A DNA stretch of 64,000 bases from Candidatus Latescibacterota bacterium. GTDB lineage: Bacteria > Latescibacterota > UBA2968. Numbering within the stretch: position 1 is the first letter of the stretch; each line of letters begins with the position of its first letter. Below, piece after piece: positions 19,479-30,100 of the stretch. The stretch is taken from positions 4,608,001 to 4,672,000 of the forward strand of contig OZ244960.1 in assembly GCA_965222605.1 (NCBI GenBank), read 5' to 3'. Under the pieces are notes generated by a model. The model saw only the letters and a program-made list of their open reading frames with translations, searched no databases and was not told the DNA's origin. The translations under genes and the position numbers were made by a program.

Positions 19479-20231
19479 TTACATGCGATCTTTCAACTGA
19501 TATGCAATCGCGTAAAATGCCATTGTTTTACCCGTTCGATTTGGCTCGCTTCGGTGCCAGGTATAATTTGTGAAGAAGAGGCCATCACCCGGTTTCATCT
19601 CGACCAGGACTTCATTGGTATAATCGATCTGGTCCAGGGGGATGCGGTGGCGCTTAAAGGGTTCATAAGTTACACGAGATTTTCTGAACATTGGCGGATC
19701 GTCGTAATAAGATTCGTGTGGCACGAGTCCCCAACCAATATGGCTGCGCGGCATGACCGATAATGCGATGGCGTCTTTTCCGACTTCTTGCATGGGGATC
19801 CAGCAATTGCAGCCCAATTCCGGATCGATTTTCCAGTACCACGAATCCTGGTGGAAATAACTGCGTCCACCCTGCTCAGTATCAATCCATCCGTGTTTAA
19901 CCCCAATCTGATCTGTAAAGAGTTCCACAGCGCCGCCCAAAACTCCCGCCATTGCATTTGCCATATTGTTGTGTTCTGCAACAATGGCAAATACCGCCTC
20001 TTCCAGGCCCGGACGTTGAATGCCTTTGGGCAATGGATCGCCTGAAGCGGCGCGATATATTTCGGGATTGAGAACTTGAAATCTGCCTTTTTTCCAATCT
20101 GGCGGATGATCTATTATTTTTCGTACTCGCGCCCAGGCGTTCGCCATGAGATCAGCAGGGATCAATCCCTTCACATGGCAGTATCCTTCTTCTTTATACT
20201 GTTGGATATGTTGTTCGGTGACAGTGCTCAT
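19479..20231 (-). CDS. phytanoyl-CoA dioxygenase (PhyH) family protein
   Basis: FHQDSWYW, CWIPM, MKPGDGLFF...WHRSEPN. Confidence 0.92.
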   Translation of the reverse strand: MSTVTEQHIQQYKEEGYCHVKGLIPADLMANAWARVRKIIDHPPDWKKGRFQVLNPEIYRAASGDPLPKGIQRPGLEEAVFAIVAEHNNMANAMAGVLGGAVELFTDQIGVKHGWIDTEQGGRSYFHQDSWYWKIDPELGCNCWIPMQEVGKDAIALSVMPRSHIGWGLVPHESYYDDPPMFRKSRVTYEPFKRHRIPLDQIDYTNEVLVEMKPGDGLFFTNYTWHRSEPNRTGKTMAFYAIAYQLKDRM

Positions 20232-20241
20232 CCTTTCCCTT

Positions 20242-21042
20242 TCAGTCGCTTACCCAGTGTCGGAACAGGGGTTTCACGTTTTCTGGCAATTCCTCGTAAA
20301 CTCGGCGCGGTACGAGTTCTTGATCGTTTTCGGTCAAGCCGGTCTCATCCACCATCATTTTTCGCTCTTCAGACCCCGGCAGTAATACGCGCGTGTTCAA
20401 CCACCATGGAGCATAGCGAACGACAACAGACACGCGATCCTTTTGCGATTGATTGGGGGCGGTTGCGTGCCATATCCGACTGTCCAGCACGAGGACGCTT
20501 CCGGCAGGACCCGTTGCATTTATCTCGGTTAGATAAGGCGCGAGGGGATTCACATCTACATTTCCGGTTGGATTATCCGCCCATCGGTGACTGCTCGGCA
20601 CGATCAAGGTGCCGCCATTCTCACGGGTAAAGGGCGATAACATCCACAGGGTTGTGATATGCATTACTGCATCTGGATAGGGTGCAGGCACATGCGCGGC
20701 GTTTATCTGATTAAACGGCCAGTCTGCATGCCACCTGCCCCGCGGGTTGCCCGGCCGGTTGATGGTCGCTGTTGTAAAAGACACTTTAATAAACGAACCC
20801 AAAAGTGCTTCAAGAAGAGCCATTAACCTTGCATCGACGAGATAGGGCGCAAGGGATTGGTCGTAGCGTATAAATCCTGGCACATGTCCGATTCCCTGTT
20901 CTGCGGCCTGCGCTCTGCTGTGTATTTCGGTCGAATGCGATACATGATCGCGTATTGCATCTACCTCATCTTCTGGGATCACGCCTTCTACCACACACCA
21001 GCCGTCTCTGCGGATTCGGTTCAGATTGGTATTTAGACTCAT
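20242..21042 (-). CDS. phytanoyl-CoA dioxygenase (PhyH) family protein
   Basis: WHADWP, ENGGTLIVPSSH, GPAGSVLVLDSRIWHAT. Confidence 0.92.
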   Translation of the reverse strand: MSLNTNLNRIRRDGWCVVEGVIPEDEVDAIRDHVSHSTEIHSRAQAAEQGIGHVPGFIRYDQSLAPYLVDARLMALLEALLGSFIKVSFTTATINRPGNPRGRWHADWPFNQINAAHVPAPYPDAVMHITTLWMLSPFTRENGGTLIVPSSHRWADNPTGNVDVNPLAPYLTEINATGPAGSVLVLDSRIWHATAPNQSQKDRVSVVVRYAPWWLNTRVLLPGSEERKMMVDETGLTENDQELVPRRVYEELPENVKPLFRHWVSD

Positions 21043-21057
21043 GGCACATCCATTTTT

Positions 21058-22149
21058 TTATACGTCAAACATGATGATCTGCCGCGCGACTTCGCCTGAG
21101 AGCAGGGCATTGAATGCATTGTCAATATCATCTAAGGAAATATTGTGTGAGATCATTTCGTCGAGTTTGAGATTGCCCCTGAGATACATATCCACATACC
21201 GCGGCATATCCACGCGAAAGCGATTGGATCCCATGCTCGATCCCTGAATTTTGCGCTCACGCAAGAAGTTTTTCCCCGTCAGCTCAATTTTAACGCCTTC
21301 GGGAATCATGCCAATAATCGTGGCGGTGCCGCCTTCTTCAAGCATATAAAAACACTGTTCCGCGGTCTGTTTCAATCCCACCGCTTCAAAAGAGTACGCT
21401 ACGCCTTTTCCGCCGGTCAGATCCATTATTTGCTCAACGGGGTCGCCGTCATTCGCATTGACCAGGTCTGTCGCGCCCAATTCCCGGGCGAGTTGCAGCT
21501 TGGAAGAAACTGTATCTACTGCAATAATACGCCCTGCGCCACCTATTCGCGCACCCTGCACAGCACTCAGTCCAATGCCACCACATCCGACAACGGCTAC
21601 TGTGCTGCCCGCCTCTACTTTGGCGGTATTGAGCGCGGCGCCAACACCGGTTGTCACACCACATCCGATCAGGGCTGCTTTGTCCAGTGGCATGTCTTCG
21701 CGCACTTTGCATACTGCATTTTCGTGTACCAGCAACTGTTCTGCATAAGAGGCGAGGTTCGCAAACTGAAAGAACGCTTGTCCATCTTGGGACAGGCGCG
21801 GTTTATCTGTCTCTTTGCGCTGGGTCGATTCTCTGTCTTCACATAGATTTGGGCGTCCAGTTGTACAGTAGCGACAATGCCCACAAAAAACCGACAGACA
21901 CGTAATCACATGGTCGCCGGGTTTTGTGTATGTCACATCTGGGCCAACAGCCTCTACAATACCCGCCGACTCATGGCCGAGCACCACGGGCATCGGACAG
22001 GTATAAAGCCCCTGCTGAAAATGAACATCGCTGTGACAAACTCCCGCCGCGGCGGTGCGAATTAAAACCTCGCGCCCGATTGGATCGGCAATTTCGACAT
22101 CTTCTACACTTATTGGCTGATGTGCTTCGCGCAAAACAGCAGCTTTCAT
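21058..22149 (-). CDS. Zn-dependent alcohol dehydrogenase
   Basis: [38 protein letters not shown]. Confidence 0.95.
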   Translation of the reverse strand: MKAAVLREAHQPISVEDVEIADPIGREVLIRTAAAGVCHSDVHFQQGLYTCPMPVVLGHESAGIVEAVGPDVTYTKPGDHVITCLSVFCGHCRYCTTGRPNLCEDRESTQRKETDKPRLSQDGQAFFQFANLASYAEQLLVHENAVCKVREDMPLDKAALIGCGVTTGVGAALNTAKVEAGSTVAVVGCGGIGLSAVQGARIGGAGRIIAVDTVSSKLQLARELGATDLVNANDGDPVEQIMDLTGGKGVAYSFEAVGLKQTAEQCFYMLEEGGTATIIGMIPEGVKIELTGKNFLRERKIQGSSMGSNRFRVDMPRYVDMYLRGNLKLDEMISHNISLDDIDNAFNALLSGEVARQIIMFDV

Positions 22150-22169
22150 GGTAAACCTCCCGTTGTTAT

Positions 22170-23699
22170 TTATCGGCTTTCTTCTTCCCAGCGGCGAATC
22201 ACAATTTTGGGATCGAAATAGGTGTTGTTCGGATAGAAATCGGGTAGCGATGTGCGATCCCCTTGTCTTGCACCTTCCAGATGTAATAGTGCGAGTGGTA
22301 GCGCGGTATCGATATTTGATTCTCCTTCCCGACTATCTGAAACAATCAAGCCATTTACCTGATATTGCCGCAGCAATCGCTCTCCAAGAGAGGTGGCAGA
22401 CTGCAATATCGCATCATCACCCGTTACCGAGTGGAGTTCTAATAAACCAAATAACGCGCATGCATCGTTCTGTCCTTTGTTTACCCACGCTTCATCACTT
22501 GCAGGTGAACCGCCAGATCCAAAATCCACAGGCGTGTTTAAGTCGCCCCACCCCATTCCCTGTGCTAAAGAAAACGCCATCTCTCGAAAACGCGCAATGC
22601 CGGTCAGGTGGTATGCCCGCGCGTAAGACAAGAACATCAGTCCATTCGCAGGTACTTTTCTCAGCTTTGTGGGCGGACAATAGCCGACCCCTTTATTGCT
22701 GTTTTCGGGATAGAGGCGGGTGCCGTCATTGATTGCGGGATAAAAGCTGTGGTCGTTGATATTATAACAGTGAGTTGCCAGTGCCTCTAAATCCGCGGTT
22801 ACCACATCGAGAAATGCTTTGCCTTTTTTTTCGCCCAGGACCCTCGCCGCATTGAGGAAGGTGACAGCGGCTCTCCCGTATCGAACTTGAATCACGCCAT
22901 TGGTGATAATTGTTACTTCGTTGACATCTGTTCGTTCGCTAAACGGCGGTTTGAACGACTCCCGCACCCGACAGGGATCGCGGTGATTAAATTGATACCC
23001 CGCTAACCCCGCTTCGGGATGTCGGATTTGATCGTAGCGCGAGAGTAGATGGTTTGCCCATCTCAAAGGCGTTTTATCGCCCGAAAGCGCGTGTAGCATT
23101 GCCCCGTTCAAGATTAAATCGCTTCCCGTATTGACAAAAGAAAGCGCGGTGTTCTCCACAATTGGCAACGGGCCTCCTTCAAATTCTGCATCCCATTTCT
23201 CTACCCATGTCTCGTAAATTCCGTGTCTATTAAAGAGCAAGGTGGGCCAATCCCAGATATGCGCGTGCCAGACCGCCTTGACAAAGCGACGCATGCGCTC
23301 GGGATGAACTTTATAGAGATACGCATAATGCGGATAGACGCACTTCATTTCGTGATTGCCCAGCACTGGCGCATCTGTCAACAGATCGTAACTCGTATGT
23401 CCGCCCCAGTAGAACAGGTCGGATTCTGGGTCGTGAATTTTATCCAGCGCAGAGCTAATCCAGTCATTCGCTTGATTGTGGTATTTGTCGTTTCCTGTCA
23501 GTGTTCCCAATGCATCCAGTGCCCGCAAAAAATTCTGCTGACACGCGAGGTTGGAAAGCATATTTCCTTCCCAAATTAGCGGCTGTGTGGTCGATAGATC
23601 GAGTCCATCTGCGAGCAGTGCACCGTTTTTGTGTGTACAGCGCGCAAATACCTCCTGTACGTGTTTATCTACCGCATCGATAAATTTTGACGATTCCAT
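22170..23699 (-). CDS. polysaccharide lyase family 2 (PelW-like exo-pectate lyase), no signal peptide
   Basis: LLADG, SNLACQQNFLR, YWGGH, HEMK, AHIWDW, FNRHG, SFVNTGSDL are motifs of PL2/PelW. Confidence 0.78.
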   Translation of the reverse strand: MESSKFIDAVDKHVQEVFARCTHKNGALLADGLDLSTTQPLIWEGNMLSNLACQQNFLRALDALGTLTGNDKYHNQANDWISSALDKIHDPESDLFYWGGHTSYDLLTDAPVLGNHEMKCVYPHYAYLYKVHPERMRRFVKAVWHAHIWDWPTLLFNRHGIYETWVEKWDAEFEGGPLPIVENTALSFVNTGSDLILNGAMLHALSGDKTPLRWANHLLSRYDQIRHPEAGLAGYQFNHRDPCRVRESFKPPFSERTDVNEVTIITNGVIQVRYGRAAVTFLNAARVLGEKKGKAFLDVVTADLEALATHCYNINDHSFYPAINDGTRLYPENSNKGVGYCPPTKLRKVPANGLMFLSYARAYHLTGIARFREMAFSLAQGMGWGDLNTPVDFGSGGSPASDEAWVNKGQNDACALFGLLELHSVTGDDAILQSATSLGERLLRQYQVNGLIVSDSREGESNIDTALPLALLHLEGARQGDRTSLPDFYPNNTYFDPKIVIRRWEEESR

Positions 23700-23727
23700 G
23701 ATCGATCTCCTTGTGTTGGTCAAAACA

Positions 23728-23755
23728 ATTATAGCTCCAACAGACCAAATATCAA
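23728..23755 (-). promoter_or_regulatory. sigma70-type promoter for the PL2-ADH-PhyH genes
   Basis: Minus strand TTGATA-16 bp-TATAAT. Confidence 0.55.
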
Positions 23756-23863
23756 AGTGCTCTTACATCCGCTCAACAATCGACTTGACATTGTTTGCCA
23801 CAGCAAGCATAAATGGAATAGTGGCTTTTGCCTTTTTTTATTTACTACTTTTGGAGGAATCAT

Positions 23864-24814
23864 ATGTTAAAAGCCGGATTTATTGGAGCTGGGGGTCGCA
23901 GTCAGGGCGCGCATTATCCAAATGTTCATCGCCTGGAGCAAGATGTCGAGATGTGCGCGGTTTGCGAGCTCGATGAAGAACGCCTGAATCAGGTAGCAAC
24001 AAAATACGAGTTTCCGCAAGTATATACAGACCACAGAAAGATGCTCGGCGAAGCCGACCTCGATGTCATCTATTGCGTTATGAATGAGAAATGGATCTTG
24101 CAAACCGCTATTGATTGCATGAATGCGGGCAAACACATTTTTATTGAAAAGCCACCCGGCGCCAATCTCGAAGAGACCGAGCAATTGCTCGAAGCAGCCG
24201 TGTCCAATAATGTGTTCGCTATGGTCGGGTTCCAGCGTCGCTACACAGCGGTCACGCGCGAAGCCATGCGCCTTGTGGCAGAAAAAGGCCCTGTCTCATC
24301 TATCGTGACGACATTCAATAAGCAAATGCTCGGTGGCGATGGCAAAGAATTTACCTCTACACTGTGGAATGATGTCTGCCATATTGTCGATCTCACGCGC
24401 TATATGGCGGGGAGTGAACCCGTGGAAGTGACCGCGTATCAGGACAAATTTGGCGGGGAAAGCTATAATAATTACACGGCTCTCATACACTTTGAAAATA
24501 ACGCTACCGGCGTCATTTTGGGCAATCGCGCTTCTGGTGGGCGCGTGCTGCGCTCAGAACTGCACGGCGTAGGGATTGGATGTTATATGAAAATTCCCCA
24601 GGAGATCGAGATTCACGAAGACAACCGGGTGCGTACCCTGGGGGGATGGGAAATCGATGGGGGGGAGGAGGAAGATGTCGCCAGTTACGAGGGTGTCTTG
24701 ACGATGCACCAGCATTTTGTCGATTGCATCAACAACAACGAAGTGCCTCATAATGACTTGCGAGATGTTATCCACTCCATCCGCCTGGTGGATCAACTCG
24801 AAGCCAAAGAGTAA
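23864..24814 (+). CDS. Gfo/Idh/MocA family oxidoreductase
   Basis: GFIGAGG, GKHIFIEKP, VGFQRR; GGAGG RBS. Confidence 0.92.
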   Translation: MLKAGFIGAGGRSQGAHYPNVHRLEQDVEMCAVCELDEERLNQVATKYEFPQVYTDHRKMLGEADLDVIYCVMNEKWILQTAIDCMNAGKHIFIEKPPGANLEETEQLLEAAVSNNVFAMVGFQRRYTAVTREAMRLVAEKGPVSSIVTTFNKQMLGGDGKEFTSTLWNDVCHIVDLTRYMAGSEPVEVTAYQDKFGGESYNNYTALIHFENNATGVILGNRASGGRVLRSELHGVGIGCYMKIPQEIEIHEDNRVRTLGGWEIDGGEEEDVASYEGVLTMHQHFVDCINNNEVPHNDLRDVIHSIRLVDQLEAKE

Positions 24815-25803
24815 ATGCGCCTCGTCTCGGGCGAACTCATTAGTTCGCTCGCTGCTTCTAAAACTTCGACCCCCGCATCCATTTTGTACGCATTTTCGCT
24901 GATATATCGCCGCCAGGTTTTTGCACCCGGCAGGCCGGCAAATAGTCCTATGAGATGCCGCGCAATATGGTGCAATCGCGTACCGCGTTCGAGTTGATCG
25001 GAAATGTATGGCAAATACGCCTGCAAAATCTCATGCCGAGACGGTATTGGACGCACCTCCCCGAAAAATCGGTGGTCGGCATCGGATAAAAAATAGGGGT
25101 TTGAATAGGCTTCCCGTCCGATCATCACACCATCGACATGCGTCAAATGCCCAGCGGCTTCGTCGAGTGATGTAATCCCCCCATTGATCACCACTTCCAA
25201 ATCTGAGAAATCGCGTTTGATGCGATAGACTATGTCGTAAGACAATGGCGGGACTTCTCTGTTTTTTTTGGGACTCAGTCCCTGAAGCCAGGCTTTGCGC
25301 GCGTGAAACGCAAAGATGTGGCATCCCGATTCGGCAACGGTCTGGACAAAGTGTACCAGTTCCTCATAAGAATCGCGGTCGTCAACGCCAATTCGCGTTT
25401 TTACAGTCACGGGAATATTCACCGTGTCGCGCATTGCGCCTACACAATCGCGCACCCGTTCGGGCTCTTTCATCAAACACGCCCCAAAAAGCCCTGATTG
25501 CACGCGGTCGCTCGGGCATCCCACATTCAGATTGATCTCATCATATCCCCAGTCTTCCCCCACTTTGGCGCACAGCGCGAGATCGGCGGGATCGCTTCCG
25601 CCCACTTGTAGTGCTATGGGATGTTCAATCGGATGAAATCCCAATAAACGCACGCGGTCGCCGTGTATGATTGCGCCGGTGGTAACCATTTCGGTGTATA
25701 GCAAAACCCGTCGAGAGATCAGGCGCAAAAAATACCGCTCGTGCCGATCTGTACAATCCATCATGGGCGCGATTGAAAATCGCCTGCTGCATCCGATAGC
25801 CAT
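24793..25803 (-). CDS. dusA: tRNA dihydrouridine(20/20a) synthase
   Basis: APMMDCTDRH, NLNVGCPSDRVQSG, HARKAWLQGLSPKKNREVPPL; start uncertain. Confidence 0.93.
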   Translation of the reverse strand: MAIGCSRRFSIAPMMDCTDRHERYFLRLISRRVLLYTEMVTTGAIIHGDRVRLLGFHPIEHPIALQVGGSDPADLALCAKVGEDWGYDEINLNVGCPSDRVQSGLFGACLMKEPERVRDCVGAMRDTVNIPVTVKTRIGVDDRDSYEELVHFVQTVAESGCHIFAFHARKAWLQGLSPKKNREVPPLSYDIVYRIKRDFSDLEVVINGGITSLDEAAGHLTHVDGVMIGREAYSNPYFLSDADHRFFGEVRPIPSRHEILQAYLPYISDQLERGTRLHHIARHLIGLFAGLPGAKTWRRYISENAYKMDAGVEVLEAASELMSSPETRRIYSLASS

Positions 25804-25816
25804 ATAAAAACTCAAT

Positions 25817-25855
25817 AAAAAAACGAGTCAATCACATGGGCAACCGACTCGTTTT
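25817..25855 (-). terminator. intrinsic terminator after the hydroxypyruvate reductase gene
   Basis: Minus strand AAAACGAGTC...GACTCGTTTTTTT. Confidence 0.7.
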
Positions 25856-25874
25856 GGATTAATACCAGTGTTTA

Positions 25875-27020
25875 TCACGCATAGGCGGAAAGCCCGACTT
25901 CACTCGCATTGACAATACTGGGGGCTGCCTGTGGCGGGTTGTCGCCGAGGAAGGACAAGACATCATCCGGATCTTGCCACGCGCTATATCCATTCAAAAT
26001 GCCAGCCACATTCGAGGCCGCCAAGGTGGCCATCCCCGAACGGGTCCAGATAGTCGCCGATGCGATATGCGGTACAATGACCACATTGGGCAACTCTTTC
26101 AGTCCGGGTTTCATCAGGGGTTCGTCTTCAAACACATCGAGGCCGACTTTGAAATCGGGATGGGTTTTGCAGTGTTCGACCAGGGCGACTTCGTCGATGA
26201 CCGGGCCGCGGCTGGCGTTGATCAAAATGGCATTGTCCTTCATCAGTGATAGACGCTCGGTATTCATCAAATGGAAGGTGGTGTCATCCAGCAGTGGGTG
26301 CAAGCTCACCACATCGGCGACCTTCAACACGTCTTCGACCGAGTCCAACCGCCGACACGTCACGGAGTCATCGCCTTGAGACTTTAAGAACTCGCCATAA
26401 GCCGCGATATAATTTTCCATATATTCATTTGGATATGGGTCAAAATAAACCACGTTCATCTTGAACCCTTCAATCATCATCTTGGCATAAGCACAGCCGA
26501 TGCGACCAGCACCAATCACCCCCACGGTTTTCCCTTTCATCAGCTCACCCAGATAAAGCGTGGGCAACCAGCCGTGATATTTTTCAGCGCGCATAAAAGC
26601 ATCGGCTTCGACCACCCGACGCGCCGCCGAAAAGGTCAGCGAGACGGCCATTTCTGCCGTGGTATCGGTCAATACGCCCGGCGTATTGCCCACTGGAATG
26701 CCGTATTTTGTCGCCAAGCCCACATCCACATTATTGTATCCCACGGCATAGTTGGCATAGGCTTTTCCACCTGCATTTTTGAGGGCAGAAAAGAGTTCTT
26801 CGCCCCATTTTTCGGTCAACTGCCCGATTACCGCGTCGCACTGATCGCCGATTTTGTCTTTGATTTCTTCGACACTCAAAATTTCTGTCGATGTGCCAAT
26901 CTCTACGCGGCAATCAGCAGCCGTGAGAATCTCAAGCCAGCGGTCGCCGGGCAATTCTTTGGTTACGACGACGCGCTTGCTGCCCGATTCGTTGTGTGTT
27001 CTCCAGTCATTGGTGCTCAA
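25875..27020 (-). CDS. D-glycerate dehydrogenase/hydroxypyruvate reductase, plant HPR1-like
   Basis: VIGQLTEKWGEELFSAL, AVGYNNVDV, GAGRIG, PHIASA; TTG start after AGGAGG. Confidence 0.88.
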   Translation of the reverse strand: MSTNDWRTHNESGSKRVVVTKELPGDRWLEILTAADCRVEIGTSTEILSVEEIKDKIGDQCDAVIGQLTEKWGEELFSALKNAGGKAYANYAVGYNNVDVGLATKYGIPVGNTPGVLTDTTAEMAVSLTFSAARRVVEADAFMRAEKYHGWLPTLYLGELMKGKTVGVIGAGRIGCAYAKMMIEGFKMNVVYFDPYPNEYMENYIAAYGEFLKSQGDDSVTCRRLDSVEDVLKVADVVSLHPLLDDTTFHLMNTERLSLMKDNAILINASRGPVIDEVALVEHCKTHPDFKVGLDVFEDEPLMKPGLKELPNVVIVPHIASATIWTRSGMATLAASNVAGILNGYSAWQDPDDVLSFLGDNPPQAAPSIVNASEVGLSAYA

Positions 27021-27070
27021 AATACATCCTCCTTTAAGTATGCGTTCTATTCAGAAAATTTCGAATGTGG

Positions 27071-27099
27071 AATATAAACAACCAAAGCGGTTGTTTCAA
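27071..27099 (-). promoter_or_regulatory. sigma70 promoter with palindromic operator in the spacer
   Basis: Minus strand TTGAAA-17 bp-TATATT; AAACAACC-N5-GGTTGTTT at 27076-27096. Confidence 0.65.
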
Positions 27100-27142
27100 G
27101 TAAATCTCGTTTTGCGTTAGAAGCTGGGGGGTGGCAGATAGT

Positions 27143-30100
27143 CTAAGCATTTTCAACCACAGGCTCGATATCGAGGACCTTGCGGTCGAGCTTGGGGGGC
27201 GTTCCTTTGCCATTGAGCCAGTAGTTAGCCATTTTTTTGGCTGCCGCCATCTTGGGCCAGATCACTTCTCGGTAGCCCCGCACGTCATCGGGCAATCGCA
27301 GTGCTTTTACATAAGTATCGTATCGCTCTGTACTGTCAAAATCAAAACCATCTACCAGGTCGATATACCAATCTCGATAGTCTTTTTCTTCGCGATGCCA
27401 GGCTGGTAGCTTGCGTAAAAAACGCGCGCGTTTCATGATATTGAGCATCCAGTCGCGGGTTTGAATATCGAATTTGATGTCCAGACCCAGCACAGTGAAA
27501 TGCGGACGGGTTAAATGCTTGTAAGAAATCCGATCGCCGCGATCTGGATCGACATCATAACGCGCACGATCGCGGCGGTATTTTTCTTCGCTTGTCAATA
27601 GATGGGCAACATAGATTTCGTCTTTATAAGCCATCACGCGGGCGAGAAAGCGCACCATAGTATCGGTTGCGCGATACTGATATTGGGCATCATCGCGGTC
27701 GTAAATCCTTTTTACGCGGTCGATATAAGACTGCGCGTATTCGATGCCGCTCCATTGGATTAGATCGTAAACGCCGAGGGCAAATTGCAATTTTGTCGCG
27801 TCAGAAAGTGACCAGTTGGCGACTGTCTCTGAGAGGGTGCGATAGGTCTCGGCCAATTTGTTGCCCCGCGTATTCGCCAAAATTTTCGCTTTATCGTCTA
27901 TAAGTCCACTGTATGTGGTTACGAGTTCGGGTTTGAAAAACGCATCGGGATCCAGTGCGGCTTTGCGCCCCATCTCAAATGCTTTGAGGTTGGCTTCGAG
28001 TTCATTCGATTTGATATTTTGCTTCATCGCCCACCGGATATTTTCCAGTGTTAGGGGCAATGCACCCCGTTGAAATGCCGCGCCCAACAAAATGCTATTG
28101 GCATAGATTTTATTGCCCAAATACCGTTCGGATATTTCGCCGAGCTCCATCCCAAAATACGTGTCGGCATTGGTATAACGCCGCAAAATATCCTCCAGAT
28201 AATCTGTATCAAAATCATCTCGTCCAATCATCGACAAAATGGTCTCGCGCTTGCCGGTTTCCACAACGGCTGTGGTGCGTTGCGGGCTACCTACGCGGCC
28301 GGTTCCATTTGGATCTAACCCGCGTACAGCCTCCAAAATATCCAATCCCAATAGCAAGTCTGCATGCCCGTAGGGCGTCAATTGTGAAATCACCCGCTCG
28401 TCTTTGGTAAAACTGACGTGCGAATACACTCCGCCGTTGCGAATAGCCAACCCTTTTTTATTTGTAAATCGCACGGTATATCCCTGCTTCGCGCCTGCAA
28501 CGGCAATAATCGCAGAAATGGTATTGATGCCCATGCCACCTACGCCAGCCACATAAGCATACCACGCCGTATCAAAGTCGCGGGATTCAGGTTCGGGAAT
28601 ATCCAATAGATCAATTGATTCGGTTTGCACCTCGGGCGCGCGTGATCGGCGAATTGTCAGGCTTTCAAAAGAAGGACATGTTTTATCGCCATTGGCAACT
28701 TCGACTTTTGTACACGCCCCATCTGCAACGCACAAAGACAGATCGGTCGCGACCTTTGACCCGTGAAGGGTTTCTTCTACGGTCAAGCCGCTGCATCCAG
28801 TTGCCTGTGTGCATTCCAGACAATATTCGCAGACTTCTGGCGTGATGTTGATATGGGTTTCTTTTTCCAGAAATCCCTTTTCCCGAACGGTCTGAATCTG
28901 CTCTGCGCGCACGCGACGGTGATATGTGATGCCACACTCTTTGTCGGCAATGACAATTTTGACGCCGTCTTTTAGCAGTGCTTGTTCCAGGACATCGCGA
29001 TACGCCTCCCGATTTGCCGGGTTCATGCGGGCGACCATCACCGGGCCATTTGTGCCGCCTCCCAAACCGCGCACGATCTGTTCGATATCCTGGGCAAAGG
29101 TCGGGCGACCCATCAGGTCAATATCTACTCCCGGTGTGGGCTGGTGCCCCGTCATCGCCGTGGTCTTATTGTCTAAAATGACATAGGTAATATCTTGCGC
29201 GTGTTTAATCGAATCGGAAATCGCCGCCATTCCACTGTGGAAAAATGTCGAATCGCCCATGAACACGAGTTGTTTGTTGTCGATAAAGGGATCGATACCC
29301 GCACCCGTGCCACCACCGAGTCCCATTCCCGACAAATTGTGCATCAGCCGGTTAAATGGCTCGTATTTCAACAGGGAATAACATCCGATATCTCCGTGAA
29401 AAATCAGATCCATCGGATCTGTGCCGTGCTTGCGCTGCATATAATTGCCATCTTGAAAATCATCGATCATCTTGTCCAGCACGCTGGCAGAATCGCGGTG
29501 CGGACAGCCCGGGCAAAACGAGGGCGTGCGAACCGATGCGTTCAGGTCAAATGTTTCTGTCTGAGCCATCAAGGCGACAACGGCATCAATGCGCTCGGCA
29601 TCTACGGGTATTGTGGGATCGTCGAGCGATTTTAACACTGGGGCCAGCACATTGAGTGTGATGCTCGGATTCAGGCCACAACTGTCGGGAAAACCTCGTC
29701 CATCGGGAAAGCGTTTGCCCCATATCCTGAACGCATTTGTTTTGCCGGCCTGATACATGTTTTGCAAAGCAGCGGCAATTTGTTCTTCCAGAAAACCGCG
29801 TTTTTCTTCTACCACGTAAATTTCATCGACCATATTTGTAAATTTGCGCAAAATTTCCGAATCAATTGGATAGGTAATACCGTATTTCAAAATGGGAATA
29901 CTACCCCCCAATCCAACCATATTGAGCGCGTGTTCCAAATAACAATAGGCCAAACTGCTGGTGACAAAGCCGATCCGCTTTTTGCCAGAGTCTGGCCGAT
30001 ATAAGATTCGATTCAGTCCGTATTCTTTTGCGAGGGTGAGCAGCTTTGGAAAACGCTGCTCGAGTACCTCCTTTTCCTTTATCACTGTATGTGGCGGAAT

